Shown: piece after piece, positions 32,941-42,176 of the stretch
Numbering within the stretch: position 1 is the stretch's first letter
Layout of the letters: each line of letters opens with the position of its first letter
Origin: an uncultured Bacilli bacterium
GTDB lineage: Bacteria; Bacillota_I; Bacilli_A; RF39; UBA660
Assembly (NCBI GenBank): GCA_934167695.1
Contig: CAKPLP010000005.1
Location: 22,955 to 86,954 of the forward strand
Direction: 5' to 3'
DNA: 64,000 nucleotides
Position numbers and translations under genes: made by a program
Notes under the pieces: model-generated
Database searches by the model: none
Told to the model about the DNA's origin: nothing
Seen by the model: only the letters and a program-made list of their open reading frames with translations

Positions 32941-34311
32941 ATGGCTCTTAGAACTATGCCAAATAATATAGAAGCAGAAAAGTCCGTTTTAGGGGCCTGC
33001 TTCTTATCTAAATATGCTCTTCAAAAAGCTTGTGAAAGTTTAGATGAAGAAAAATTCTATGATGAAAAAAATAGTAAAATATTCCATGCAATGAAAAATT
33101 TACAAGAACAAAAAACTCCTGTAGACTTAACTACATTAACTTCAGAACTTCAAAAAGGTAATCAACTAAATGAAGTTGGTGGTGTGGAATATTTAACTGA
33201 AATCTTAAATTTTGTACCTGTTGCGACGAACGTAGATTATTATATAAAAAGTGTTGAAGATACCGCAATTTTACGTAATTTAATTGATACAGCTTCTAAT
33301 ATTGCAACAGAAGGATACAATCAAACCGAAGATATAAATCAAACCTTAGATGATGCAGAAAGAAAAATTTTAAATATAGTAAAAAATCGTAAATCAAGTG
33401 AATTTAAATCAATTCAGGAAGTTATGACAAATGCAGAAGCAAACTTAGAAAAACTAGCAGAATCTAAAGGAGAAGTAACGGGTTTACCAACAGGATGGTA
33501 TGATTTTGATAAATTAACCGCTGGTCTTCATGAAAACCAATTTATTATAATAGCAGCACGTCCAGCAATGGGAAAAACAGCTTTTGCCCTAAATATGGCA
33601 ACCAATGTAGCAATAAATACCGGAAAAACAGTAGCTTTATTTAACCTAGAAATGGGTGCAGAACAACTAGCAACAAGAATTATTTCATCTCTTGGTCAAA
33701 TAGAAGGCTATAAATTACAAACTGGTAAATTATTGAATGAAGATTGGAAAAGAGTAAGCGAAGCAGTAAGTCAATTAGAAAATACCAATATTTTTATAGA
33801 TGATACCCCCGGTATAACAATCGGTGAAATTAGAGCCAAGTGTCGTAGACTTGCTAGTAGTGAAAAAGGTTTAAGTTTAGTTATAATAGATTATTTACAG
33901 TTAATTTCTGGTGGTAAAAATTATGGAGCTAATAGACAACAAGAAGTTTCAGATATTTCACGTTCCCTAAAAACATTAGCAATGGAATTACATATTCCAG
34001 TAATTGCCCTAGCACAATTATCTCGTGCTGTAGAAGGAAGAGAAGACAAACGACCTTTAATGAGTGATTTACGTGAATCAGGTTCTATTGAACAAGATGC
34101 TGACATAGTATCATTCCTATATAGAGATGATTACTATAACAAAGAAGCAAGAAATGATGAAAATACAAGTATTAGTGAATTAATTATTGCAAAACACCGT
34201 AATGGACCAACCGCTACTATAGAATTATTATTCAAAAAAAATACTAGTACATTCTTAAATATTAGGAAAGAAGGTAATATGGGTGCTAAAAAAGAAGAAA
34301 ATTCAAACTAA
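32941..34311 (+). CDS. dnaB: replicative DNA helicase (DnaB-type; DnaC in Bacillus)
   Basis: RecA-like helicase motifs (ARPAMGKTAF, DYLQLI). Its position after rplI is conserved. Confidence 0.9.
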   Translation: MALRTMPNNIEAEKSVLGACFLSKYALQKACESLDEEKFYDEKNSKIFHAMKNLQEQKTPVDLTTLTSELQKGNQLNEVGGVEYLTEILNFVPVATNVDYYIKSVEDTAILRNLIDTASNIATEGYNQTEDINQTLDDAERKILNIVKNRKSSEFKSIQEVMTNAEANLEKLAESKGEVTGLPTGWYDFDKLTAGLHENQFIIIAARPAMGKTAFALNMATNVAINTGKTVALFNLEMGAEQLATRIISSLGQIEGYKLQTGKLLNEDWKRVSEAVSQLENTNIFIDDTPGITIGEIRAKCRRLASSEKGLSLVIIDYLQLISGGKNYGANRQQEVSDISRSLKTLAMELHIPVIALAQLSRAVEGREDKRPLMSDLRESGSIEQDADIVSFLYRDDYYNKEARNDENTSISELIIAKHRNGPTATIELLFKKNTSTFLNIRKEGNMGAKKEENSN

Positions 34312-35773
34312 AATACTGCTTATATCATTAATAAGTATGTCAGTATTAGCAATGGGTTCAAAAGCATTAAAAACAACTCCTAAAACAGTTTATCATGTTT
34401 ATTTAGAGGGAAAATCTATAGGGCTTATAAAATCAAAAAAAGCTCTCGAAGAATACATTGATAAACAACAAGAAAGTCTAAAACAAAAATATAATGTAAA
34501 TAAAGTATATACATCTTCTGATATAGATATCAAAAAAGAAATAACTTATAGTAATAATATCTTATCTACTAAACAAATATATGAAAAAATAAAAGATAAA
34601 ACATCATTTACTATTGATGGATACAAAATAGTAATAAAAAACACTGGTGAAACATCAACAGATGTAAAAAAAGCAGATAAGAAAAATAAAACAATATATG
34701 TAATAGATAAAAATATCTTTACTAAATCTATTGATACAACTGTAAAATCATTTATAAATACAGAAGATTATAATATATATAAATCTAATAAAAAACAAAC
34801 AATAAAAAATACTGGTAAAATAATAGAAAAAATATATATACAAAATGATATAACTATAAAAAAAGATAAAATTCCAACAGATAAAAAAATATATACACAG
34901 ACAGATGAACTTAGTAAATTCTTATTATTTGGAAAAACTGATAGTGAATCAACCTATACTACTAAAGAGGGAGATACAATTAGTGATATTGCCTATAATA
35001 ATAAAATGTCAAATGAAGAGTTTTTAATAATTAATACCAACTTTAAAGATGAGAATGCATTATTATACCCCGGACAAGTTGTCAATATTGGTATTTTAAA
35101 TCCACAAGTAAATATAGTAGAAGAAGATGAAATAGTTGCATTAGAAGAGAAAAAATATCAAACAGAAACTAGATATGATAATAGCAAAAATGTTGGATAT
35201 CAAGAAGTCGTTCAAGCAGGTTCAAATGGTAGTAATAAAGTTACTCAAAAAGTACAAAAAATTAATGGTGAAACGACTAATATAGTAACAACTAACACTG
35301 AAGAAATAAAGCCTGCAGTTACAGAAATAATTGTTAAAGGTGGTAAAGAAAATTACTATAGTGGCTATGGTAATGCTGTTGCAACAAGAGGAGAATGGGG
35401 CTGGCCAGCAACATGTTCTACAATTTCAAGTCCATTTGGATGGCGTTGGGGAACATTACATGATGGAACAGATATATCAGGTTGTGGTAGAGGATCAAAT
35501 ATATTTGCCGCTCAGTCAGGTACAGTTGTAAAAGTTGCTAGTAAATATGATAATGGTAGATACATAATTATAAATCATAATAATGGCTATTACACCTTAT
35601 ATGCACATTTACAAGGTCAAATAGTAAAAGAAGGTCAAACAGTAAGTAAAGGACAAGTAATAGGAACAATGGGAGATACCGGATTTGCAACAGGAGTACA
35701 CTTACATTATGCTATATGGTATGGTTATCCTTATTATGGAGGAAGAGTTTTAAATGCCATGTCAATGTACTAA
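34283..35773 (+). CDS. secreted LysM-domain M23 (LytM-type) peptidase
   Basis: A signal/TM N-terminus, a LysM-like segment (YTTKEGDTISDIAYNN), and M23 motifs (HDGTDI ... HLHYAIW). Confidence 0.65.
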   Translation: MLKKKKIQTKILLISLISMSVLAMGSKALKTTPKTVYHVYLEGKSIGLIKSKKALEEYIDKQQESLKQKYNVNKVYTSSDIDIKKEITYSNNILSTKQIYEKIKDKTSFTIDGYKIVIKNTGETSTDVKKADKKNKTIYVIDKNIFTKSIDTTVKSFINTEDYNIYKSNKKQTIKNTGKIIEKIYIQNDITIKKDKIPTDKKIYTQTDELSKFLLFGKTDSESTYTTKEGDTISDIAYNNKMSNEEFLIINTNFKDENALLYPGQVVNIGILNPQVNIVEEDEIVALEEKKYQTETRYDNSKNVGYQEVVQAGSNGSNKVTQKVQKINGETTNIVTTNTEEIKPAVTEIIVKGGKENYYSGYGNAVATRGEWGWPATCSTISSPFGWRWGTLHDGTDISGCGRGSNIFAAQSGTVVKVASKYDNGRYIIINHNNGYYTLYAHLQGQIVKEGQTVSKGQVIGTMGDTGFATGVHLHYAIWYGYPYYGGRVLNAMSMY

Positions 35774-36530
35774 TTTAAAATTTAAAACTATGGCAAGTGG
35801 ATCTAAAGGAAATTGTGCCATAGTATTATGTGATAAAGTTAATCTAATCATTGATATAGGTATTTCATATTTAAATTTAAAACGTAAATTGGAAGAAAGT
35901 TATTTAGACTTCTCTTCCTTTTACGGTGTTCTTATTACCCACTCTCATGCAGATCATATAAAAGGCTTATCATCAATAATTAAACATACAAAGTTAAAAG
36001 TATTAATACCAAAAAAAATGTATCAAGAACTACAAGAGATTGTTCCATTAGAAAGAGTTATATTTATAGAAGATAAAAATAAATTAGGCAATGTAGAGAT
36101 AGAACTAATTCATACATCTCACGATACTGCATGCTCTGTCGGTTATATAATTACTTTTGCCAATAAAAGCCTAGTATATGTTACTGATACTGGTTATATT
36201 AATAGAAAATACTTACAAAAAATGGAAAATAAAGATATTTATTTAATAGAAAGTAATCATGATGAGGAAATGTTAATGAATGGTCCTTATCCTCCATTTT
36301 TAAAACAAAGAGTAATCAGTGATCGAGGCCACTTATCCAATAAAACAACTGCAACATATTTAAAACAAATAATAGGTACAAATACTAAATATATATTATT
36401 AGCACACTTAAGTGAAAAAAATAATACAGAGTCTTTAGCATACAACACAACTAAAGAAGTAATAAAAGATAAAAATATCGATCTTATGATAGCAAGACAA
36501 GATGAAGAAAGTACTCTAATAGAGGTGTAA
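35754..36530 (+). CDS. MBL-fold metallo-hydrolase (YycJ/WalJ-like)
   Basis: HxHxDH motif (ITHSHADHIKGL). Its position before rlmH matches yycJ. A GGAGGAAG RBS precedes the start. Confidence 0.65.
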   Translation: MPCQCTNLKFKTMASGSKGNCAIVLCDKVNLIIDIGISYLNLKRKLEESYLDFSSFYGVLITHSHADHIKGLSSIIKHTKLKVLIPKKMYQELQEIVPLERVIFIEDKNKLGNVEIELIHTSHDTACSVGYIITFANKSLVYVTDTGYINRKYLQKMENKDIYLIESNHDEEMLMNGPYPPFLKQRVISDRGHLSNKTTATYLKQIIGTNTKYILLAHLSEKNNTESLAYNTTKEVIKDKNIDLMIARQDEESTLIEV

Positions 36531-36531
36531 A

Positions 36532-36987
36532 ATGATTAAAATAATATGTGTAGGAAAAATAAAAGAAAAATATCTAGTAGATGCAATAAACGAATATAAA
36601 AAAAGAATTTCTAAATATACAAATTTAGAAATAATCGAAATACAAGATGAGAATTTTGATGAAATAGAAAAAATCAAAAAAGTAGAGGCAGAAAAAATAA
36701 ATAAATATATTAATAAAAAAGATTATATTATCACATTAGAAATAAATGCTACGGAACTAACATCAATGGATTTAGCTTCGAAAATGGAAAAAATTAATAT
36801 TGAATATAGTAATATAACCTTTATTATAGGAGGAAGTTATGGACTTCATGAAGAAATAACTAATCAAGCAAATTTTCATCTATCTTTTTCAAAATTAACA
36901 TTTCCGCATCAATTATTTAGAGTACTGTTATTAGAACAAATATATAGAACATATAAAATTAGAAATAATGAAAAATACCATAAGTAA
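36532..36987 (+). CDS. rlmH: 23S rRNA (pseudouridine1915-N3)-methyltransferase RlmH
   Basis: A 151-aa SPOUT fold (MIKIICVGKIKEKYL). Its position after yycJ is conserved. Confidence 0.8.
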   Translation: MIKIICVGKIKEKYLVDAINEYKKRISKYTNLEIIEIQDENFDEIEKIKKVEAEKINKYINKKDYIITLEINATELTSMDLASKMEKINIEYSNITFIIGGSYGLHEEITNQANFHLSFSKLTFPHQLFRVLLLEQIYRTYKIRNNEKYHK

Positions 36988-36997
36988 AGGAGAATTT

Positions 36998-37657
36998 ATG
37001 ATAGGAAATAGTTGGGATTTATTATTAAAAGAAGAATTTAATAAGCCATATTTTAAAGAATTGATTAATTTTATAAACCAAGAATATCAGCAAAAGACTA
37101 TATATCCTCCCAAGAGTGAAATATTTAATGCTTTTCGTTATACAAAATACGAAGATTTAAAGGTTGTTATATTAGGACAAGATCCATATCATGGTGAACA
37201 TGAAGCACAAGGATTATCTTTTTCAGTAAACAACTCTATTAAAAGACCACCATCTCTTCAAAATATATTTAAAGAATTAGAAAGTGATTTATCAATTACA
37301 ATATCAGATAATAATTCTTTAGTACCATGGGCACAACAAGGAGTATTATTATTAAACTCAGTATTAACAGTTATTAAAGATAGTCCTGCATCACATCAAA
37401 AAAAAGGATGGGAAACCTTTACTGACAATGTTATAGAAATAATAAATAAAAAAACTACCCCTGTTGTTTTTATACTATGGGGTAACTATGCTAGAAGCAA
37501 AAAAAAGCTAATAACAAATAACATTCACTATATTATAGAATCTCCTCACCCATCTCCTTTTTCTGCATATAATGGCTTTTTTGGAAGTAAACCATTTTCA
37601 AAAACAAATGAATTTCTTATAAAAAATAATATGGAACCAATTAATTGGAAAATATAA
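36998..37657 (+). CDS. ung: uracil-DNA glycosylase
   Basis: GQDPYHG and HPSP motifs. The start was set at MIGNSWDLL after an AAGGAGA RBS. Confidence 0.9.
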   Translation: MIGNSWDLLLKEEFNKPYFKELINFINQEYQQKTIYPPKSEIFNAFRYTKYEDLKVVILGQDPYHGEHEAQGLSFSVNNSIKRPPSLQNIFKELESDLSITISDNNSLVPWAQQGVLLLNSVLTVIKDSPASHQKKGWETFTDNVIEIINKKTTPVVFILWGNYARSKKKLITNNIHYIIESPHPSPFSAYNGFFGSKPFSKTNEFLIKNNMEPINWKI

Positions 37658-37671
37658 AAACTAATTCATCA

Positions 37672-38190
37672 TCATTTAAGAGAATTAGTTTTTTTTTCAG
37701 GATATAATTGAAAATTTTTAAAACCACAAAATAATTTTACAAAATTTGTTGGAAATTTTGTTTTCATTTCATTATAATCTTTAACACTATTATTGTAAAA
37801 TTTAATTGAAGCCTTTAATTCACTGTCATTACTTTTTATTTCATTATTTAAATTAATAATTTCTTTATCTTTTATTAATTCATCATCTTCATATAATTTA
37901 TCAATAAATTTACTATAATATTCTTCTAAAGTTTTATTTAATTTAAAACTATCTAATTCAGAAAATTTAGCTTCATCATAGTCATCAAAGTAATTATCAT
38001 CATTAATAATTTTTTTACTTTGTCCCAATAGTTTACTTTTTATTTCTAAATAATTATTAATGTTAATTTTACCATCTTCTATTTTTATGTTTACCCTACC
38101 CATTCTTTTCTTAGAAATAATGATTGATAAAATCACAAAAAACAATATAATAGCGATAACGCTAACAATAATAAGTATTTTCATATTCAT
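37672..38190 (-). CDS. LemA-family membrane protein
   Basis: An N-terminal TM helix and the conserved LemA segment FYNNSVKDYNEMKTKFPTNFVKLFCGFKNFQLY. Confidence 0.7.
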   Translation of the reverse strand: MNMKILIIVSVIAIILFFVILSIIISKKRMGRVNIKIEDGKININNYLEIKSKLLGQSKKIINDDNYFDDYDEAKFSELDSFKLNKTLEEYYSKFIDKLYEDDELIKDKEIINLNNEIKSNDSELKASIKFYNNSVKDYNEMKTKFPTNFVKLFCGFKNFQLYPEKKTNSLK

Positions 38191-38431
38191 AAAACCACCT
38201 CTTATTATCTAACGTAATTATAACAAACAATAAAAAAAAGCGCAAGGTTCCAGTAAATAGAACTAAACTGTAAAATAATAAAATATCCATAAAATTTATT
38301 TTAATTACTTTTAATATGTTGTATACTGTATATTATGATAGAAAGTAACAAAGACTATCACCAAAAATCTAAAAATGTATTATATATACATCACATTTGT
38401 TGTGTAAAATCAGAATAAAAGAGGTGTATTA

Positions 38432-39361
38432 ATGAAAAATAAATTAAAAAATAAATATATATTTATACCTCTGGGAATATTAATTGTTTTAATGATTTTC
38501 TTAGGAGGAGTATATGCAGCAACAACAATCGCAGGAAGTAGTGTAACCTATTCAAATTCATCATCCGGTTTACTAGCTACAACAGTTCAGGCGGCAATCG
38601 ATGAATTATATACCCAAACAGATATAAGAAAAATGGGGAATTTTATAGGTGCATATAAATACAGTACAGCAACATCAACAAAATGTATCACAGGTAATGA
38701 ATCAACATGTGTAAAATCAACATGCTATAAAACAAAAACAAGTGGAAGTTGTCCCGCCGGAACAATCGTAAAATATAAAGTAAATGATACAGACATAGTA
38801 ACATTTCATGTAATGTATGATAATGGAACTACTATGACAATGCAAAGTCAAAGAAATATTGTATATAATAACCATTGGTATGAAGCAGCTAATAATACTT
38901 ATTCAAATACATCTGGTCCGATTGTAGCATTACCAGCACTAGAAAGCGCAACTGCTGGCTGGACTAATGTAAATAACCAAACATATACAATGGGTACAAC
39001 AACTTTCAAAACTAATGCCTACACTGGTTGTAGTACATATAGTTCATGTGCGACCAACACTTATACATTAGCATCAAGAACAGCAAAGGCCAGAATGATA
39101 ACAATACAAGAAGCAAAATATTTAGGATGTACAGCTACTGATAAATCATGTCCAATCTGGATGAATAATTATTTACCACAATCCACAAGTTATGGAGGAA
39201 CAATAAATGATACAACAGATAGAAACACTGGTTACTGGACTATGAATGCTTATCCTTCAAATGTTTATTATGCGTGGTATGTTTCCTCAACTGGAAGTGT
39301 CAAAACTTATGATGCTTATGCTACATTTGGTATAAGAGCAGTTGTCGTAGTATCAAAATAA
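38432..39361 (+). CDS. secreted/anchored Cys- and Thr-rich protein of unknown function (full-length copy)
   Basis: An N-terminal signal-anchor followed by a Thr/Ser/Cys-rich mature region. A paralog at 47889-48620 shares a roughly 300-bp identical block. Confidence 0.5.
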   Translation: MKNKLKNKYIFIPLGILIVLMIFLGGVYAATTIAGSSVTYSNSSSGLLATTVQAAIDELYTQTDIRKMGNFIGAYKYSTATSTKCITGNESTCVKSTCYKTKTSGSCPAGTIVKYKVNDTDIVTFHVMYDNGTTMTMQSQRNIVYNNHWYEAANNTYSNTSGPIVALPALESATAGWTNVNNQTYTMGTTTFKTNAYTGCSTYSSCATNTYTLASRTAKARMITIQEAKYLGCTATDKSCPIWMNNYLPQSTSYGGTINDTTDRNTGYWTMNAYPSNVYYAWYVSSTGSVKTYDAYATFGIRAVVVVSK

Positions 39362-39384
39362 AAAAGCCTTAAAAAGCTTTTTTT
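39362..39384. terminator. putative bidirectional terminator between the convergent Cys-rich gene and the gerQ-like gene
   Basis: A short stem AAAAGC / GCTTTT flanked by A- and T-runs. Confidence 0.35.
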
Positions 39385-39691
39385 ATGCATTAATATCCTG
39401 ATCAAAAATAACATAATCAATATTATCATTCCAAATTAAAATAGAGTTTCCTGTAGTAGAATCTTTAATTAAGGTGTAATCCTTTCCAGCTCCCTCAATA
39501 GTTCCCTTAAAGATAATATCCCTCCACTCATTAGAATGATCAAATGATACATAAAATGAAGCATTTTTACCCTGATGCATCATTAATATATTATCACTAT
39601 AAGAAGCAGACATATCAGTTCTAGTTGGCATACTTCTAAAGTTATTTCCTTGATAATTAGAATACATATAATTACTATTCATATTTTCCAT
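39383..39691 (-). CDS. gerQ: GerQ-like spore coat protein (C-terminal domain type)
   Basis: GKNASFYVSFDHSNEWRDIIFKGTIEGAGKDYTLIKDSTTGNSILIWNDNIDYVIFDQ aligns with the B. subtilis GerQ C-terminus KKATFYMTFENSKEWNAKVFRGVIEAAGRDHIIISDPQTGKRYLLLMVNLDYVTFDE. Confidence 0.6.
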   Translation of the reverse strand: MENMNSNYMYSNYQGNNFRSMPTRTDMSASYSDNILMMHQGKNASFYVSFDHSNEWRDIIFKGTIEGAGKDYTLIKDSTTGNSILIWNDNIDYVIFDQDINA

Positions 39692-39734
39692 TCCTTTCTC
39701 TTACATTAAATCTTATGTAAAAGAAATAAAAATA

Positions 39735-41711
39735 TCACTCAGCTTTTGTATTATCTAATTTACTATCAAAGACAGATTGTTCTACACTAGGTTCTGTTCC
39801 TTTTATAAAGTACATTAGCTTTTTCTTTGTTGCTCCCTCCTCTACTGCCTTACCAGAGATTGGATCTACTAAAACAGCAGAGACATTATCAGGTTTCTTA
39901 TACCAATCATCTTTCTTTCCATCTTCATACGCTTCTATACTTTTATACCAAATATTTTGAGCATACTTTGCAACAACATTACTAATTGTTTTATTATCAT
40001 CATATCCTAACCAAATAGAAGTAACAATATCTTTATTATATCCTATATACCACTCATCAGTATCAGTAGTACCGCTTTTTAAAGAATAAGTATGTTTTAA
40101 TTTAGAAGCAAGACCTATCGCTGTAGGATAATTATAATCAATATAATCAGGATCATACGTTGCAGTTAACATATTATTTAAAATATATGCAATACTTGAA
40201 TTTAATACTAAAGTTTTATCATTATCAGCCTTATATAATACTTTTCCATCTTTATCCTCTATCTTCTCAATTAAATGAGGTTTTATTCTATATCCCAAAT
40301 TTGCAAATGCAGCATATCCTGCCGTCATTTCAATCATATTAATTTCATTAGTTCCCAAAGGTAAACTAGGTACATCCTCTAACTTAGCAGTAATCCCTAC
40401 TCTTTTTGCAACATTTATCATAGCATCACTACCAAGAAATAAATTAGTTTTAACTGCATAAATATTATCAGAATAAGCAATAGCAGTAGACATAGAAATA
40501 GCCTTATTAGCATACTTATCATTATAATTTTTAGGAGAATAATCATCCCTTTCAGAAAAAGTAAAAGTAGTTTTCTCACTTGTAAAAGAACTACTAGTAG
40601 TAAATCCACTTTCTAATGCTGCATAATATAAATAAGGCTTCATTGTAGAACCAACTTGCCTTTTGGCTTTAACTGCCCTATTATATTGAGAACTGTTATA
40701 GTCACGCCCTCCTACTAATGCCACAATTTTTCCATTGACAGGATTCATCATAATTGCAGAAGCTTGTAATTGCTCTTCTTTAGCAAGTTCATCATTAATA
40801 TTTTTTTCTAAAGTAGTTTGAGCATTTATATCTAAATTTGTATATATTTTTAATCCCTTAGTATCTGTATAAGAACTAGGGATATTTTTAATTGATTTTA
40901 ACTCATTTAATACTGCATCCTGATAATACATTAAAGTACTAGAATCATTATCAGTCTTTTTTCCATAATAAGTAAGATTTTCATTATAAGCATTATCTGC
41001 CTCATTTTGAGTAATATACTTATTTTTAACCATTAAGTTTAAAATAGTTCTCTGTCTTTTTTTAGCAATCTCTTCATTAACTAATGGAGAATAATTACTG
41101 GGTGACTTTGGTATTCCAACCAACATACTAGCTTCCGCTAAACTTAAATCTTTAGCACTTTTATTAAAATAAAATTGACTAGCATTTTCAATACCATACA
41201 TACCATGCCCATAGTTGATAGTATTTAAATATCCCTCTAAAATTTGTTTTTTACTATAATTAGCCTCTAATCTAATAGTATATAATGCTTCATTCCATTT
41301 TCTCTTCCAAGTTTTATCAAAATCTAAAAATAAATTCTTAGCATATTGCTGACTAATAGTAGAAGCTCCCTGACTTGCTTTTCTATTAATAATATTTACA
41401 TAAGTTGCCTTTATAATTCTAAATATATCAAATCCTTTATGTTTATAAAAATTCTTATCCTCAGTAGATATAGTGGCATTAATAACACTCTTAGAAATAT
41501 TATTTAAATCAATCCACTCTTTAGTACCACTTCCCTGAAAAAAAACTTTCTTACTACTATCATATAAAGTTAAACTATTAGCAGCCTTAATTTCAAGTTT
41601 AGGAGTAAGTTTTGCATATAAAAAAGCACTTAAACAAATAATTCCAACTCCTAAAATTAATATTAATAATAGATTTCTAATACATCGTAAATGCTTTTTC
41701 ATATTATTCAC
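39735..41711 (-). CDS. class A penicillin-binding protein (PBP1A family: transglycosylase plus transpeptidase)
   Basis: An N-terminal TM helix, glycosyltransferase-51 motifs (EDKNFYKHKGFD), and transpeptidase SxxK / SxN / KTG-like motifs (STMKP, KSGTT). Confidence 0.85.
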   Translation of the reverse strand: MNNMKKHLRCIRNLLLILILGVGIICLSAFLYAKLTPKLEIKAANSLTLYDSSKKVFFQGSGTKEWIDLNNISKSVINATISTEDKNFYKHKGFDIFRIIKATYVNIINRKASQGASTISQQYAKNLFLDFDKTWKRKWNEALYTIRLEANYSKKQILEGYLNTINYGHGMYGIENASQFYFNKSAKDLSLAEASMLVGIPKSPSNYSPLVNEEIAKKRQRTILNLMVKNKYITQNEADNAYNENLTYYGKKTDNDSSTLMYYQDAVLNELKSIKNIPSSYTDTKGLKIYTNLDINAQTTLEKNINDELAKEEQLQASAIMMNPVNGKIVALVGGRDYNSSQYNRAVKAKRQVGSTMKPYLYYAALESGFTTSSSFTSEKTTFTFSERDDYSPKNYNDKYANKAISMSTAIAYSDNIYAVKTNLFLGSDAMINVAKRVGITAKLEDVPSLPLGTNEINMIEMTAGYAAFANLGYRIKPHLIEKIEDKDGKVLYKADNDKTLVLNSSIAYILNNMLTATYDPDYIDYNYPTAIGLASKLKHTYSLKSGTTDTDEWYIGYNKDIVTSIWLGYDDNKTISNVVAKYAQNIWYKSIEAYEDGKKDDWYKKPDNVSAVLVDPISGKAVEEGATKKKLMYFIKGTEPSVEQSVFDSKLDNTKAE

Positions 41712-41804
41712 CTTCTCTTTTAGTATTAAACAAATCTTTTAAATTATGTATCTATTTTAACTAAGTTATGTTATAATCTAATAGAAATTCAAGTTGGTGA
41801 TTAA

Positions 41805-42176
41805 ATGCAAAGATACAAGGTTTTAATTACAATTAATTCTGATAATGACAAAAAAAGTTTTACTCAAATAATTAATTATGATGAAGAAAAACAATATTTA
41901 TATTATGTTGAAAATGATCCAGAAAAAACAGTAAATATATATGATTATAAAAAAAACACTCTAAAAAGAGATAATTCAAAAATATATTTAGAGTTAAATT
42001 TTATTAATAAAAAAATTACTAATAATAAATTACAACTAAAAGATTTAAACAATTATTTAGATATAGATATTTTTACTGAAAGTATTGAAGTTATTGATAA
42101 AAATATCACAATAAAATATTTATTAAATAATGAAAAATATTTATATAAATTAGAAATAATGGAGGAAGTAAAATGA
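41805..42176 (+). CDS. DUF1934-like protein (YwiB-like) upstream of argS
   Basis: A 123-aa protein overlapping the argS start by 4 bp. The ywiB-argS pairing is conserved in Firmicutes. Confidence 0.45.
   Translation: MQRYKVLITINSDNDKKSFTQIINYDEEKQYLYYVENDPEKTVNIYDYKKNTLKRDNSKIYLELNFINKKITNNKLQLKDLNNYLDIDIFTESIEVIDKNITIKYLLNNEKYLYKLEIMEEVK

Noticed and set aside
41712-41804. A T-box or other riboswitch leader upstream of the DUF1934-argS operon.
   Set aside because: The leader is only about 90 bp and consists of a plain TG-extended -10 promoter (TATGTTATAAT). There is no specifier-loop or T-box antiterminator-like sequence.
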